In this document: positions 13,081-27,691 of the stretch, piece after piece
Numbering within the stretch: the stretch's first letter is position 1
How the letters are laid out: each line of letters begins with the position of its first letter
Assembly: GCA_021537435.1 (NCBI GenBank)
Contig: GCA_021537435.1_3050.1
Length of the DNA stretch: 64,000 bases
Strand: one strand, 5' to 3'
Origin: a phage
Position numbers and translations under genes: made by a program
Notes under the pieces: generated by a model
Told to the model about the DNA's origin: nothing
What the model saw: the letters and a program-made list of their open reading frames with translations, nothing else
Database searches by the model: none

Positions 13081-13467
13081 CTACTTTTTGAAAGTTTTTC
13101 GCAAAAGTTCAATGATTTCATCTACATTGTTTTCGTCAACAATGCAGTGAATTTTTGTCACGCCAGAAACTATACCTTCATTAGCGGATTGAGGCTTTTC
13201 TAAAGTTACCTCAGTAAAGTATTTGAATTCTTCAGAGTAAATCTCAAAATACGTCTCAAGTGGGCCACCCGCCATGTATTCAGTGCCATCTTCCATAGTT
13301 ACACGTACCACACATTCACCAGCACAATCATCACTTTCCATTTCATCTACAACAAAACTAGGCCCGTGCTTCTCTATTAAATTTAGCATCATTACATTGC
13401 AACGGCACTCGTTAGCAAAGTCATTTTTAAATAAAGGGTTAATGATATAAGTTTTTCCAACTTCCAT
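13081..13467 (-). CDS. hypothetical protein
   Basis: 128-aa acidic ORF; early promoter-like element upstream. Confidence 0.5.
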   Translation of the reverse strand: MEVGKTYIINPLFKNDFANECRCNVMMLNLIEKHGPSFVVDEMESDDCAGECVVRVTMEDGTEYMAGGPLETYFEIYSEEFKYFTEVTLEKPQSANEGIVSGVTKIHCIVDENNVDEIIELLRKTFKK

Positions 13468-13511
13468 TTTGATTTCCTCATTTTAATAGGGGCTTGATAG
13501 CCCCTTGATAA

Positions 13512-13739
13512 TTATTGTTCAATTAATACCATGTAAAATTCTGTGTCTTCAGAATCCATACCATCACAATATTCATTAGCCATAAAGCGGGTGAGGTCTT
13601 CAAGAGGACCTTCAATAACGATTTGAATACTCCAAAACTTAGAATCTTGCACGCTTGTGATACTAAGTTCAGGATAACGATTACGAATAATTTCTTCGAT
13701 ATATTCAAAATCAACGATGTCAATATCAACTTTAGCCAT
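13512..13739 (-). CDS. hypothetical small acidic protein
   Basis: likely start [13 protein letters not shown]... with GAGGAAA RBS; the longer track ORF reads through the upstream promoter. Confidence 0.45.
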   Translation of the reverse strand: MAKVDIDIVDFEYIEEIIRNRYPELSITSVQDSKFWSIQIVIEGPLEDLTRFMANEYCDGMDSEDTEFYMVLIEQ

Positions 13740-13782
13740 ATTATTTTCCTCTTTAATCATCAGCAGTATTGCCGATAGTTGT

Positions 13783-13811
13783 ATAGTACCACAGTTCTTA
13801 TAGTATGTAAA
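13783..13811 (-). promoter_or_regulatory. early promoter, conserved cassette
   Basis: rc GTTTACA, 17 nt, TACTAT; core CTGTGGTACTATACAACTATC shared with other copies. Confidence 0.5.
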
Positions 13812-13835
13812 CAACTTTGTGAAAAAATTTTTGAA

Positions 13836-13864
13836 ATAAAAAAAAGGGGACCTCTAGGGTCCCC
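13836..13864 (-). terminator. rho-independent terminator downstream of gene 32
   Basis: hairpin GGGGACC/GGTCCCC followed by U-run on the minus-strand transcript. Confidence 0.6.
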
Positions 13865-13886
13865 AATTAATTAGTAATATAATCTA

Positions 13887-14795
13887 TTAAAGGTCATTCA
13901 AAAGGTCATCCAGGTCCGTGTCATCAGCACTAGATGAACTGCCAGAGCTTGAGCTCATAAAATCATCTTCAGTTTTTGTATTGAAGTCATCAACATTGAA
14001 TGCATCCAAATCATCAGCAACTTTATCAGCTTTCTTAGCGGCAGTCGCTGCGGCACCACCCATAGCAGCAGTTCCCATAACTTGACTGAACTTAGTGCTC
14101 AGTTCTTCAAACGATTTGAATTTATCTTTAGAAGTCATTTCAGAAAGGTCAACCATTTGTTCGAACAGTTCTTTCTGGAAAGATTCATCATCAATGTTTG
14201 GAATCGCAGATTGATTCAGGAATTTAGATTCATCGTAGTTACTAAAACCAGAAACTTGTTTAACTTTCAGTACAAAGTTAGCACCTTCCCACGGACAAGT
14301 TACATCAACCGGAGTTTCACCCATTTCAACATCAACTGCAATCATTGCATTGATTTTATCCCAGATTTTCTTACCGAAACGGTATTTAAATACTTTACCT
14401 TCATTTTCTGGAGCAGCCGGGTCTTTTACTACAAGAATGTTAGCCCAGTAAGAAGTTTTACGTTTAACAAGACCGTACTCTTTATTGTCAGTGTTATACA
14501 AATCATTTTTATTGATGTACTGACATACTGGACAAGAATCGTAATCACCGTGGGTAGATGAACAGTTTTCGATATACCATTTACCATTTTTCTTGAAACC
14601 GTGATTTACAAGAATTGCGAATGGTGCTTGTTCATCATTTTTAGACGGAAGAAAACGAATTACTGCTTGACCGTTACCCGCATTATCGAGTTTCAGTTTC
14701 CACTCGCCTTTATCTTCAGAAGAAAAACCACCTTTATTTCCAGCCAGTTTAGCCATTTGTGCAGCGAGTTCAGCAGTAGATTTACGTTTAAACAT
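13887..14795 (-). CDS. 32: single-stranded DNA-binding protein gp32
   Basis: [52 protein letters not shown]...; acidic Ser/Asp-rich C-terminus. Confidence 0.9.
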   Translation of the reverse strand: MFKRKSTAELAAQMAKLAGNKGGFSSEDKGEWKLKLDNAGNGQAVIRFLPSKNDEQAPFAILVNHGFKKNGKWYIENCSSTHGDYDSCPVCQYINKNDLYNTDNKEYGLVKRKTSYWANILVVKDPAAPENEGKVFKYRFGKKIWDKINAMIAVDVEMGETPVDVTCPWEGANFVLKVKQVSGFSNYDESKFLNQSAIPNIDDESFQKELFEQMVDLSEMTSKDKFKSFEELSTKFSQVMGTAAMGGAAATAAKKADKVADDLDAFNVDDFNTKTEDDFMSSSSGSSSSADDTDLDDLLNDL

Positions 14796-14869
14796 TTTTA
14801 TTTCCTTTTTAATTTAATTAACAGTTGGTGCTATGACGATGTATGACCTCATAGCTGGTCAGTAAGATA

Positions 14870-14894
14870 ATTATAATCTATTTATAATAAGCAA
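14870..14894 (-). promoter_or_regulatory. gene 32 leader promoters: MotA-box middle promoter overlapping a late TATAAATA
   Basis: rc reads TTGCTTA, 12 nt, TATAAT, with TATAAATA between; 75-100 nt upstream of gene 32 ATG. Confidence 0.5.
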
Positions 14895-15548
14895 TTAATA
14901 CTTACAAGATTTCACAGTTTCAATAAAAACACTTTTAGCTTCCTGTGAATCAATATTTAAAATTTTTCTATAAGCCTTTAACTTTATAGAATAATTATTC
15001 CAGACTAAATTATCAGTCTGTTCATCATGTTTATCGATTATATTTAAAAACGAATCAAGCAAGATAAACGTCTCAAACGAAATTATATTCGATTGAAGTA
15101 GTTTAAAAATATAACTTGATTGGACTTTTGGATTATACTCAAAGATTTCTTTAAAAGCAGAAACTTCAACTTTTTTACTAAAATAATAAATGTTGCGAAT
15201 ATCTTCTTCAAACTTAAATTTAATTTGCTTTAAGCGTCCGATATATTCACGATAAAACACAAGTGCATCAGCGTCAGAGATGTCACCAATCCAAGCATCT
15301 TGGTTAGCAACAAGATTGCTTATAAAGATTAAAGCAAGTTCCTTTAATTTATATTTTTCTGATAACTTCTGGAAAAAATACTTATCCCTTCGCTTTTGAT
15401 AAGCGGCATCAGACACCCGCATGCACCAATTATACTTAATTACATCATACTTTCCATTCATATGTTGTTTTATCATTAAGTATAATTTATAAACTGATTT
15501 ACCATCAATATATCTTTCACCACCAGCAGGCATGCGGAGTTTAATCAT
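14895..15548 (-). CDS. 59: helicase loader gp59
   Basis: 217-aa ORF MIKLRMPAGGERYIDGKSVYKLYLMIKQHMNGKYD... matches T4 gp59. Confidence 0.85.
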   Translation of the reverse strand: MIKLRMPAGGERYIDGKSVYKLYLMIKQHMNGKYDVIKYNWCMRVSDAAYQKRRDKYFFQKLSEKYKLKELALIFISNLVANQDAWIGDISDADALVFYREYIGRLKQIKFKFEEDIRNIYYFSKKVEVSAFKEIFEYNPKVQSSYIFKLLQSNIISFETFILLDSFLNIIDKHDEQTDNLVWNNYSIKLKAYRKILNIDSQEAKSVFIETVKSCKY

Positions 15549-15883
15549 AGTAGAAAATCTAATGTATTAGTTTTTTCACAACGAACAACAGAAGGACGTA
15601 AAAGATTTTCGTCAATAGCTTCTGACTGAATTTTTTCAATTATACCCGAAGGAATAAATTTAGCAAATTGAGTTTCAGGAATAGAATTTTCTTCTAAGAA
15701 TGCTGTTGTAGCTTCAAGATAACTCATTCCAAACTCTTCTACCATTTTTTCAATAATAAATCCATTTTCTTGACGGTCAAGAAGCTTTGCAATTTCATCC
15801 TTTTCTTTCTTAATTGAAAGTTCTTTTTCTGAAAGACCGGTCTCATCGACCGGACGAATATCATTTAGAGAAAACTGTGTCAT
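15545..15883 (-). CDS. 33: late transcription co-activator gp33
   Basis: MTQFSLNDIRPVDETGLSEKELSIKKEKDEI... matches T4 gp33 (112 aa). Confidence 0.8.
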   Translation of the reverse strand: MTQFSLNDIRPVDETGLSEKELSIKKEKDEIAKLLDRQENGFIIEKMVEEFGMSYLEATTAFLEENSIPETQFAKFIPSGIIEKIQSEAIDENLLRPSVVRCEKTNTLDFLL

Positions 15884-16130
15884 AAAGTTCAACTACCTCT
15901 TCAGTTTCAGCTTCAAACACATCACGGTTATCTTTATGATACAAAGCTAACAGACGATTAAACATCTTGCCATCAACACCAAGTTCATCTTTGGCACGAA
16001 TTCGAATATCTTTAATCAATTCATTATAACCAGAAATTTTCAGTTTATGATCAGATGCTTCTTTAATAAATTTAGCCAAGTCTTCGCCATGGATAGCTTC
16101 ATCAAATTCAACCATTTCTTTTTTAGCCAT
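15861..16130 (-). CDS. dsbA: dsDNA-binding protein DsbA
   Basis: 89-aa ORF MAKKEMVEFDEAIHGEDLAKFIKEASDHKLK... Confidence 0.8.
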   Translation of the reverse strand: MAKKEMVEFDEAIHGEDLAKFIKEASDHKLKISGYNELIKDIRIRAKDELGVDGKMFNRLLALYHKDNRDVFEAETEEVVELYDTVFSK

Positions 16131-16138
16131 TATTCACC

Positions 16139-17056
16139 TCAAAATTCATTAATGCTATTAGTTAATTTAGAAAGACCCGCTTTTACAAAATATGAATAAA
16201 TTTTGCCACGCGGTGGTAATTTATATGAATTATAATAATTCACAATGTTTGAAGCAATATTATCAGGAATATAATCAAAATCAATTAGAACTAAATTTTC
16301 TTTATAACGATTATATTCAGATTCTGTGAGAAGCACCTTAGCTTGCTCACGGTCATTAGCAATAGCTTCAACAATAGAGGTTTTCATTGAAGGAGTTCGT
16401 TCACCTTCAACTCTGGTAAACCAGAAGTCAGATCGTACTTTAACTGAAGCAACGTTATCCTTTTTGTCGCCTTTAAGGATTTTAGTCATACAGTCAATTT
16501 CAGCAGAACCGCTTTTAATTTTAACCCACTTCTTGTGCATCGGTGACCATTGCTTAACATTTGGGTATTTGTGAAGTTGAGTAAAGTCACCATCCGATGA
16601 AATGATTAAAATCTTATGTCCTTCTAAAGAGAACTTTTTAACCAAAACAGCAATATGGTCATCTGCTTCATACTTATCAATATCCATAACGATGTATGGC
16701 ATATAAGCTTTCAATTCATCTATAACTTTATGGCTGGATTCAAAATAACCTTCCCAGTCCCAAGTAGATTCTTCTCGTGCTTTTCCACGGTTTTTCTTAT
16801 AATAATAAGCAAAATCACGACGCCAGTATCCAGATTTCGCGTTATCAATACACAATACAATTTTAGTGTATCCAAGAGTTTTTGCTTTTTTGACATTAAA
16901 CTTAATTGAGTTCAATATCAAATGACGAACCATTGATAAATTAATTTTTTCTTTATCTGGGAAGTTTACCAAAGCAGTTGAAAGCGCAATTTGACTAAAG
17001 TCAATTAAGCAGATTCCTTCTTTGTAATCTTCATCCAGCATCATTTCTAAATCCAT
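16139..17056 (-). CDS. rnh: RNase H / 5'-3' exonuclease
   Basis: MDLEMMLDEDYKEGICLIDFSQIALSTALVNF... FEN-family; 305 aa from second Met. Confidence 0.85.
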   Translation of the reverse strand: MDLEMMLDEDYKEGICLIDFSQIALSTALVNFPDKEKINLSMVRHLILNSIKFNVKKAKTLGYTKIVLCIDNAKSGYWRRDFAYYYKKNRGKAREESTWDWEGYFESSHKVIDELKAYMPYIVMDIDKYEADDHIAVLVKKFSLEGHKILIISSDGDFTQLHKYPNVKQWSPMHKKWVKIKSGSAEIDCMTKILKGDKKDNVASVKVRSDFWFTRVEGERTPSMKTSIVEAIANDREQAKVLLTESEYNRYKENLVLIDFDYIPDNIASNIVNYYNSYKLPPRGKIYSYFVKAGLSKLTNSINEF

Positions 17057-17118
17057 ATGAACCTCGTTCAATTAGTGAGATTTCTATTATATACCATCCA
17101 AATCTTAAAGTAAACAAG

Positions 17119-17126
17119 TATAAATA
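17119..17126 (+). promoter_or_regulatory. late promoter TATAAATA upstream of gene 34
   Basis: exact TATAAATA about 35 nt before the gene 34 ATG. Confidence 0.7.
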
Positions 17127-17160
17127 CTTATTATTGAAAACACAATAGGAGCCCGGGAGA

Positions 17161-20100
17161 ATGGCCGAGATTAAAAGAAAGTTCAGAGCAGAAGATGGTC
17201 TGGACGCAGGTGGTGATAAAATAATCAACGTAGCTTTAGCTGATCGTGCCGTAGGAACTGACGGTGTTAACGTTGATTACTTAATTCAAGAAAACACAGT
17301 TCAACAATACGATCCAACTCGTGGATATTTAAAAGATTTTGTAATCATTTATGATAACCGTTTTTGGGCTGCTATAAATGATATTCCAAAACCAGCAGGA
17401 GCTTTTAATAGCGTACGTTGGAGATCATTACGTACTGATGCTAATTGGACAACTGTTTCATCAGGACCTTATCAATTAAAGTCAGGCGAATCAATTTCAG
17501 TTGATACTGCATCTGGTAATGACATTACATTTACTTTACCATCTTCCCCAATTGATGGAGATACTATCGTTCTCCAAGACATTGGAGGAAAACCTGGAGT
17601 TAATCAAGTTTTAATTACCGCTTCAGTACAAAGTATTGTAAACTTTAGAGGTGAACAAGTACGTTCAGTACTAATGACTCATCCAAAGTCACAGTTAGTT
17701 TTAATTTTTAGTAATCGTCTGTGGCAAATGTATGTAGCTGATTATAGTAGAGAAGCTGTAGTTGTAACACCGGCAAGTCTCTACCAAGCGCAGTCAAACG
17801 ATTTTATCGTGCGTAGATTTACTTCCGCTGCGCCTATTAATATTAAACTTCCGAGATTTGCTAATCATGGCGATATTATTAATTTCGTTGATTTAGATAA
17901 ATTAAATCCTCTTTATCATACAATTGTTACTACATACGATGAAACTACTTCAATACAAGAAGATGGAACTCATTCCATTGAAGGCCGTACATCTATTGAT
18001 GGTTTCTTGATGTATGATGATAATGAGAAATTATGGAGATTATTTGACGGGGATAGTAAAGCACGTTTACGCGTTATAACAACTAATTCTAGCATTCGTC
18101 CAAATGAAGAAGTCATGGTATTTGGTGCGAATAACGGAACAACCCAAACAATTGAACTTCAGCTTCCAACTAATATTTCTGTTGGTGATACTGTTAAAAT
18201 TTCCATGAATTACATGAGAAAAGGACAAACAGTTAAAATCAAAGCTGCTGATGAAGATAAAATTGCTTCTTCAGTTCAATTACTGCAATTCCCAAAACGC
18301 TCAGAATATCCGCCTGAAGCTGAATGGGTGACTGTTCAAGAATTAGTTTTTAATGGTGAAACTAATTATGTTCCAGTTTTGGAACTTGCTTATATAGAAG
18401 ATTCTGATGGAAAATACTGGGTTGTACAACAAAACGTTCCAACAGTTGAAAGAGTTGATTCTTTAAATGATTCTACTAGAGCAAGATTAGGCGTAATTGC
18501 TTTAGCTACACAAGCTCAAGCAAATGCTGATTTAGAAAATTCTCCACAGAAAGAATTAGCAATTACACCAGAAACATTAGCTAACCGTACTGCTACAGAA
18601 ACTCGTAGAGGTATCGCAAGAATAGCAACCACTGCCCAAGTGAACCAGGATACTACATTCTCTTTTGCTGATGATATTATCGTCACTCCTAAAAAGCTGA
18701 ATGAAAGAACTGCCACAGAAACCCGTAGAGGTGTTGCTGAAATTGCTACACAGCAAGAAACTAATGCAGGTACTGATGATACTACAATCATCACTCCTAA
18801 AAAGCTTCAAGCTCGACAAGGTTCTGAATCATTATCTGGTATTGTAACCTTTGTATCTACCGCAGGAGCTACTCCAGCTTCTAGTCGTGAATTAAATGGT
18901 ACAAATGTTTACAATAAAAACACTAATAATTTAGTTGTTTCGCCTAAAGCTTTGGATCAGTATAAAGCTACTCCAACGCAACAAGGTGCAGTAATTTTAG
19001 CAGTTGAAAGTGAAGTAATTGCTGGAAAAAGTCAAGAAGGATGGGCAAATGCTGTTGTAACGCCAGAAACGTTACATAAAAAGACATCAACTGATGGAAG
19101 AATTGGTTTAATTGAAATTGCTACACAAAGTGAAGTTAATACAGGAACTGATTATACTCGTGCAGTCACTCCTAAAACTTTAAATGATCGTAAAGCAACT
19201 GAAAGTTTAAGTGGTATAGCTGAAATTGCTACACAAGTTGAATTCGACGCAGGCGTCGACGATACTCGTATCTCTACACCATTAAAAATTAAAACCAGAT
19301 TTAATAGTACTGATCGTACTTCTGTTGTTGCTCTATCTGGATTAGTTGAATCAGGAACTCTCTGGGACCATTATACCCTTAATATTCTTGAAGCAAATGA
19401 GACACAACGTGGTACACTTCGTGTAGCTACACAAGTTGAAGCTGCTGCAGGAACATTGGATAATGTTCTAATAACTCCTAAAAAGCTTTTAGGTACTAAA
19501 TCTACCGAATCGCAAGAAGGCGTTATTAAAGTTGCAACTCAGGCTGAAACTGTAGCTGGAACGTCAGCAAATACTGCTGTATCTCCAAAAAATTTAAAAT
19601 GGGTTGTACAGAGTGAACCTACTTGGGCAGCTACTACTTTGGTAAGAGGTTTTGTTAAAACTTCATCTGGTTCAATTACATTCGTTGGTAATGATATAGT
19701 TGGTTCAACACAGTCATTAGAATTATATGAGAAAAATAGCTATGCAGTATCGCCATATGAATTAAACCGCGTATTAGCAAATTATTTGCCGTTAAAAGCA
19801 AAAGCTGCAGATAGTAATTTATTAGATGGTCTAGATTCATCTCAGTTCATTCGTAGGGATATTGCACAGACAGTTAATGGTTCACTAACCTTAACGCAAC
19901 AAACGAATCTGAGTGCCCCTCTTGTATCATCTAGTACTGCTACGTTCGGTGGATCAGTTTCAGCAAATAGTACACTAACCATTTCTAATACTGATGGAAC
20001 AGCAACTCGTCTGATTTTTGAGAAAGGACCTCAAACTGGAACGAACCCGGCTCAAACGATGACAGTCAGCGTGTGGGGGAATCAATTTAGTGGGGAATCA

Positions 20101-21033
20101 AACACAACACGTTCTACCGTATTTGAAGTTAGTGATGAAACATCTTATCACTTTTATTCTCAACGCGATAAAGATGGTAATATAGCATTTAGCATTAATG
20201 GTACTGTAATGCCAATAAATGTGAATGCTTTAGGTTCTTTGAATGCGAATGGCGTTGCAACATTCGGTAGTTCAGTTACTGCTAATGGCGAATTTATCAG
20301 TAAATCATCGAATGCTTTCAGAGCAATAAATGGTAATTATGGATTCTTTATTCGTAACGCTGGTAATGACACCTATTTTATGCTCACTGCAGCCGGTGAT
20401 CAGAGCGGTGGATTTAATGCATTACGTCCATTATCAATTAATAATCAGTCCGGTCAAGTAACGATTGGTGAAAACTTAATCATTGCCAAAGGTGCTACTA
20501 TAAGTTCAGGTGGTTTAACTGTTAACTCGAGAATTCGTTCTCAGGGTACTAAAACCTCTGATTTATATACCCGTGCGCCAACATCTGATACTGTAGGATT
20601 CTGGTCAATCGATATTAATGATTCAGCCACTTATAACCAGTTCCCGGGTTATTTTGAAATGGTTGAAAAAACTAATGAAGTGACTGGACTTCCATACTTA
20701 GAACGTGGCGAAGAGGTTAAATCTCCTGGTACATTGACTCAGTTTGGTAACACACTCGATTCGCTTTACCAAGATTGGATTACTTATCCAACGACCCCAG
20801 ACGCGCGCACCACTCGCTGGACACGTACATGGCAGAAAACCAAAAACTCTTGGTCAAGTTTTGTTCAGGTATTTGATGGGGGTAACCCTCCTCAGCCATC
20901 TGATATCGGTGCTTTACCATCTGATAATGCTACAATGGGGAATCTTACTATTCGTGATTTCTTACGAATTGGTAATGTTCGCATTATTCCTGACCCAGTG
21001 AATAAATCTGTTAAATTTGAATGGATTGAATAA
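17161..21033 (+). CDS. 34: long tail fibre proximal subunit gp34
   Basis: 1290-aa ORF MAEIKRKFRAEDGLDAGGDKIINVALADRAVGTDGVNVDY...; TATAAATA late promoter upstream. Confidence 0.9.
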   Translation: MAEIKRKFRAEDGLDAGGDKIINVALADRAVGTDGVNVDYLIQENTVQQYDPTRGYLKDFVIIYDNRFWAAINDIPKPAGAFNSVRWRSLRTDANWTTVSSGPYQLKSGESISVDTASGNDITFTLPSSPIDGDTIVLQDIGGKPGVNQVLITASVQSIVNFRGEQVRSVLMTHPKSQLVLIFSNRLWQMYVADYSREAVVVTPASLYQAQSNDFIVRRFTSAAPINIKLPRFANHGDIINFVDLDKLNPLYHTIVTTYDETTSIQEDGTHSIEGRTSIDGFLMYDDNEKLWRLFDGDSKARLRVITTNSSIRPNEEVMVFGANNGTTQTIELQLPTNISVGDTVKISMNYMRKGQTVKIKAADEDKIASSVQLLQFPKRSEYPPEAEWVTVQELVFNGETNYVPVLELAYIEDSDGKYWVVQQNVPTVERVDSLNDSTRARLGVIALATQAQANADLENSPQKELAITPETLANRTATETRRGIARIATTAQVNQDTTFSFADDIIVTPKKLNERTATETRRGVAEIATQQETNAGTDDTTIITPKKLQARQGSESLSGIVTFVSTAGATPASSRELNGTNVYNKNTNNLVVSPKALDQYKATPTQQGAVILAVESEVIAGKSQEGWANAVVTPETLHKKTSTDGRIGLIEIATQSEVNTGTDYTRAVTPKTLNDRKATESLSGIAEIATQVEFDAGVDDTRISTPLKIKTRFNSTDRTSVVALSGLVESGTLWDHYTLNILEANETQRGTLRVATQVEAAAGTLDNVLITPKKLLGTKSTESQEGVIKVATQAETVAGTSANTAVSPKNLKWVVQSEPTWAATTLVRGFVKTSSGSITFVGNDIVGSTQSLELYEKNSYAVSPYELNRVLANYLPLKAKAADSNLLDGLDSSQFIRRDIAQTVNGSLTLTQQTNLSAPLVSSSTATFGGSVSANSTLTISNTDGTATRLIFEKGPQTGTNPAQTMTVSVWGNQFSGESNTTRSTVFEVSDETSYHFYSQRDKDGNIAFSINGTVMPINVNALGSLNANGVATFGSSVTANGEFISKSSNAFRAINGNYGFFIRNAGNDTYFMLTAAGDQSGGFNALRPLSINNQSGQVTIGENLIIAKGATISSGGLTVNSRIRSQGTKTSDLYTRAPTSDTVGFWSIDINDSATYNQFPGYFEMVEKTNEVTGLPYLERGEEVKSPGTLTQFGNTLDSLYQDWITYPTTPDARTTRWTRTWQKTKNSWSSFVQVFDGGNPPQPSDIGALPSDNATMGNLTIRDFLRIGNVRIIPDPVNKSVKFEWIE

Positions 21034-21041
21034 GAGGTATT

Positions 21042-22157
21042 ATGGAAAAATTTATGGCAGAGTTTGGACAAGGATATGTCCAAACGCCATTTTTATCGGA
21101 AAGCAATTCAGTAAGATATAAAATAAGTATAGCGGGTTCTTGCCCGCTTTCTACAGCAGGACCATATGTTAAATTTCAGGATAATCCTATCGGAAGTCAA
21201 ACATTTAACGCAGGTCTTCATTTAAGAGTTTTTGACCCTTCTACAGGAGCATTAGTTGATAGTAAGTCATATGCTTTTTCGACTTCAAATGATACTACAT
21301 CAGCTGCTTTTGTTAGTTTCATGAATTCTTTGACGAATAATAGACTTGTTGCTATATTAACTAGCGGAAAGGTTAATTTTCCTCCTGAAGTAGTATCTTG
21401 GTTAAGAGCTGCAGGAACATCTGCTTTTCCATCTGATTCTGTATTGTCAAGATTTGACGTATCATATGCTGCTTTTTATACTTCTTCTAAAAGAGCTATT
21501 GCATTAGAACACGTTAAACTAAGTAATAGAAAAAGTACAGATGACTATCAAACTATTTTAGATGTTGTATTTGATAGTTTAGAAGACGTTGGAGCTACAG
21601 GATTTCCTAAAAGAACATATGAAAGCGTTGAGCAATTTATGTCAGCTGTCGGTGGAACTAATAACGAAATTGCACGTTTACCAACTTCATCCGCGATAAG
21701 TAAATTATCTGACTATAATTTAATCCCTGGTGATGTTCTTTATCTTAAAGCGCAGCTATACGCTGACGCAGATTTACTTGCGCTTGGAACTACAAATATA
21801 TCTATCCGTTTTTATGATGAATCGAATGGATATATTTCTTCAACACATGCTGAGTTTACTGGACAAGCTGAGTCATGGGAATTAAAGGAAGATTATGTAG
21901 TTATTCCAGAAAATGCAGTAGGATTTACGATATATGCACAAAGAACTGCTCAAGCTGGTCAAGGCGGCATGAGGAATTTAAGCTTTTCGGAAGTGTCAAG
22001 AAATGGCGGAATTTCAAAACCTGCTGAATTTGGCGTCAATGGTATTCGAGTTAATTATGTCTGTGAATCTGCTTCACCTCCGGATATAATGGTACTTCCT
22101 ACGCAAGCATCGTCTAAAGCTGGTAAAGTATTTGGGCAAGAATTTAGAGAAGTATAA
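21042..22157 (+). CDS. 35: long tail fibre hinge protein gp35
   Basis: 371-aa ORF directly after gene 34. Confidence 0.8.
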   Translation: MEKFMAEFGQGYVQTPFLSESNSVRYKISIAGSCPLSTAGPYVKFQDNPIGSQTFNAGLHLRVFDPSTGALVDSKSYAFSTSNDTTSAAFVSFMNSLTNNRLVAILTSGKVNFPPEVVSWLRAAGTSAFPSDSVLSRFDVSYAAFYTSSKRAIALEHVKLSNRKSTDDYQTILDVVFDSLEDVGATGFPKRTYESVEQFMSAVGGTNNEIARLPTSSAISKLSDYNLIPGDVLYLKAQLYADADLLALGTTNISIRFYDESNGYISSTHAEFTGQAESWELKEDYVVIPENAVGFTIYAQRTAQAGQGGMRNLSFSEVSRNGGISKPAEFGVNGIRVNYVCESASPPDIMVLPTQASSKAGKVFGQEFREV

Positions 22158-22160
22158 ATT

Positions 22161-22189
22161 GAGGGAGCCTTCGGGTTCCCTTTTTCTTT
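22161..22189 (+). terminator. rho-independent terminator after gene 35
   Basis: GGGAGCC-TTCG-GGTTCCC followed by TTTTTCTTT. Confidence 0.55.
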
Positions 22190-22196
22190 ATAAATA
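22189..22196 (+). promoter_or_regulatory. late promoter TATAAATA upstream of gene 36
   Basis: exact TATAAATA about 24 nt before the gene 36 ATG, just after a hairpin. Confidence 0.7.
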
Positions 22197-22219
22197 CTAT
22201 TAAAATAAAGGGGCATACA

Positions 22220-22876
22220 ATGGCTGATTTAAAAGTAGGTTCAACAACTGGAGGCTCTGTCATTTGGCATCAAGGAAATTTTCCATTGAATCCAGCCGGT
22301 GACGATGTACTCTATAAATCATTTAAAATATATTCAGAATACAATAAACCGCAAGCTGCTGATAACGATTTCGTTTCTAAAGCTAATGGTGGTACGTATT
22401 TAAATAAAGTAATTTTTAATAAAGGAATGACTGTTCCTGGTGCAGGGTCAGGTGACAATGGTATTTTTGCTGGTCCTGGTGATAATGCCACATATGATAC
22501 TACAAATATGGATATTGTTTCGTGGTATGGTATTGGTTTTAAATCATCACAGGGATCAGCGGGTAGAACTGTAGTAATTAACACACGAAATGGGGATATT
22601 AGCTCAAAGGGTGTAATTGAAGCATCACAAATACGCGCAACTTCATTATCTCCAGTAAATAATTATGACCTCACGCGGAAAGATTATGTCGATGGAGCAA
22701 TAAATATTGTTACAGCAAACGCAAACTCTAGGGTATTACGCTCTGGAGATACTATGACAGGTAACTTAACCGCGCCAAACCTTTTTTCGCAGAATCCTGC
22801 ATCTCAACCATCACATGTTCCACGATTTGACCAAATTGTTATTAAGGATTCTGTTCAAGATTTCGGCTATTATTAA
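22220..22876 (+). CDS. 36: long tail fibre distal connector gp36
   Basis: 218-aa ORF MADLKVGSTTGGSVIWHQGNFPLNPAGDDVLYKS...; own TATAAATA promoter. Confidence 0.85.
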   Translation: MADLKVGSTTGGSVIWHQGNFPLNPAGDDVLYKSFKIYSEYNKPQAADNDFVSKANGGTYLNKVIFNKGMTVPGAGSGDNGIFAGPGDNATYDTTNMDIVSWYGIGFKSSQGSAGRTVVINTRNGDISSKGVIEASQIRATSLSPVNNYDLTRKDYVDGAINIVTANANSRVLRSGDTMTGNLTAPNLFSQNPASQPSHVPRFDQIVIKDSVQDFGYY

Positions 22877-22884
22877 GAGGACTT

Positions 22885-27004
<4,120 letters not shown>

Positions 27005-27034
27005 TTTGAATAAATATCCTTAAAAGGAGGGTCT

Positions 27035-27691
27035 ATGGCAGCACCTAGAATATCATTTTCGCCCTCTGATATTCTGTTGGGTGTTCTAGATCGCTTGTTC
27101 AAAGATAACGCTACCGGGAAGGTTCTTGCTTCCCGGGTAGCTGTCGTAATTCTTTTGTTTATAATGGCGATTGTTTGGTATAGGGGAGATAGTTTCTTTG
27201 AGTACTATAAGCAATCAAAGTATGAAACATACCGTGAAATTATTGAAAAGGAAAGAAATGCACGCTTTGAATCTGTCGCCCTGGAACAACTCCAGATAGT
27301 TCATATATCATCTGAGGCAGACTTTAGTGCGGTGTATTCTTTCCGCCCTAAAAACTTAAACTATTTTGTTGATATTATAGCATACGAAGGAAAATTACCT
27401 TCAACAATAAGTGAAAAATCACTTGGAGGATATCCTGTTGATAAAACTATGGATGAATATGCAGTTCATTTAAATGGACGTCATTATTATTCCAACTCAA
27501 AATTTGCTTTTTTACCAACTAAAAAGCCTACTCCCGAAATAAATTACATGTACAGTTGTCCATATTTCAATTTGGATAATATCTATACTGGAACAATAAC
27601 CATGTACTGGTATAGAAATGATCATATAAGTAATGACCGCCTTGAATCAATATGTGCTCAGGCGGCCAGAATATTAGGAAGGGCTAAATAA
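27035..27691 (+). CDS. t: holin
   Basis: 218-aa ORF MAAPRISFSPSDILLGVLDRLFKDNATGKVLASRVAVVILLFIMAIVWY...; one TM helix, large periplasmic domain. Confidence 0.9.
   Translation: MAAPRISFSPSDILLGVLDRLFKDNATGKVLASRVAVVILLFIMAIVWYRGDSFFEYYKQSKYETYREIIEKERNARFESVALEQLQIVHISSEADFSAVYSFRPKNLNYFVDIIAYEGKLPSTISEKSLGGYPVDKTMDEYAVHLNGRHYYSNSKFAFLPTKKPTPEINYMYSCPYFNLDNIYTGTITMYWYRNDHISNDRLESICAQAARILGRAK

Noticed and set aside
18516-18819. Two antisense ORFs (92 and 80 aa) inside gene 34
   Set aside because: Lie entirely within a long, well-supported coding region on the other strand; low-complexity products; no RBS
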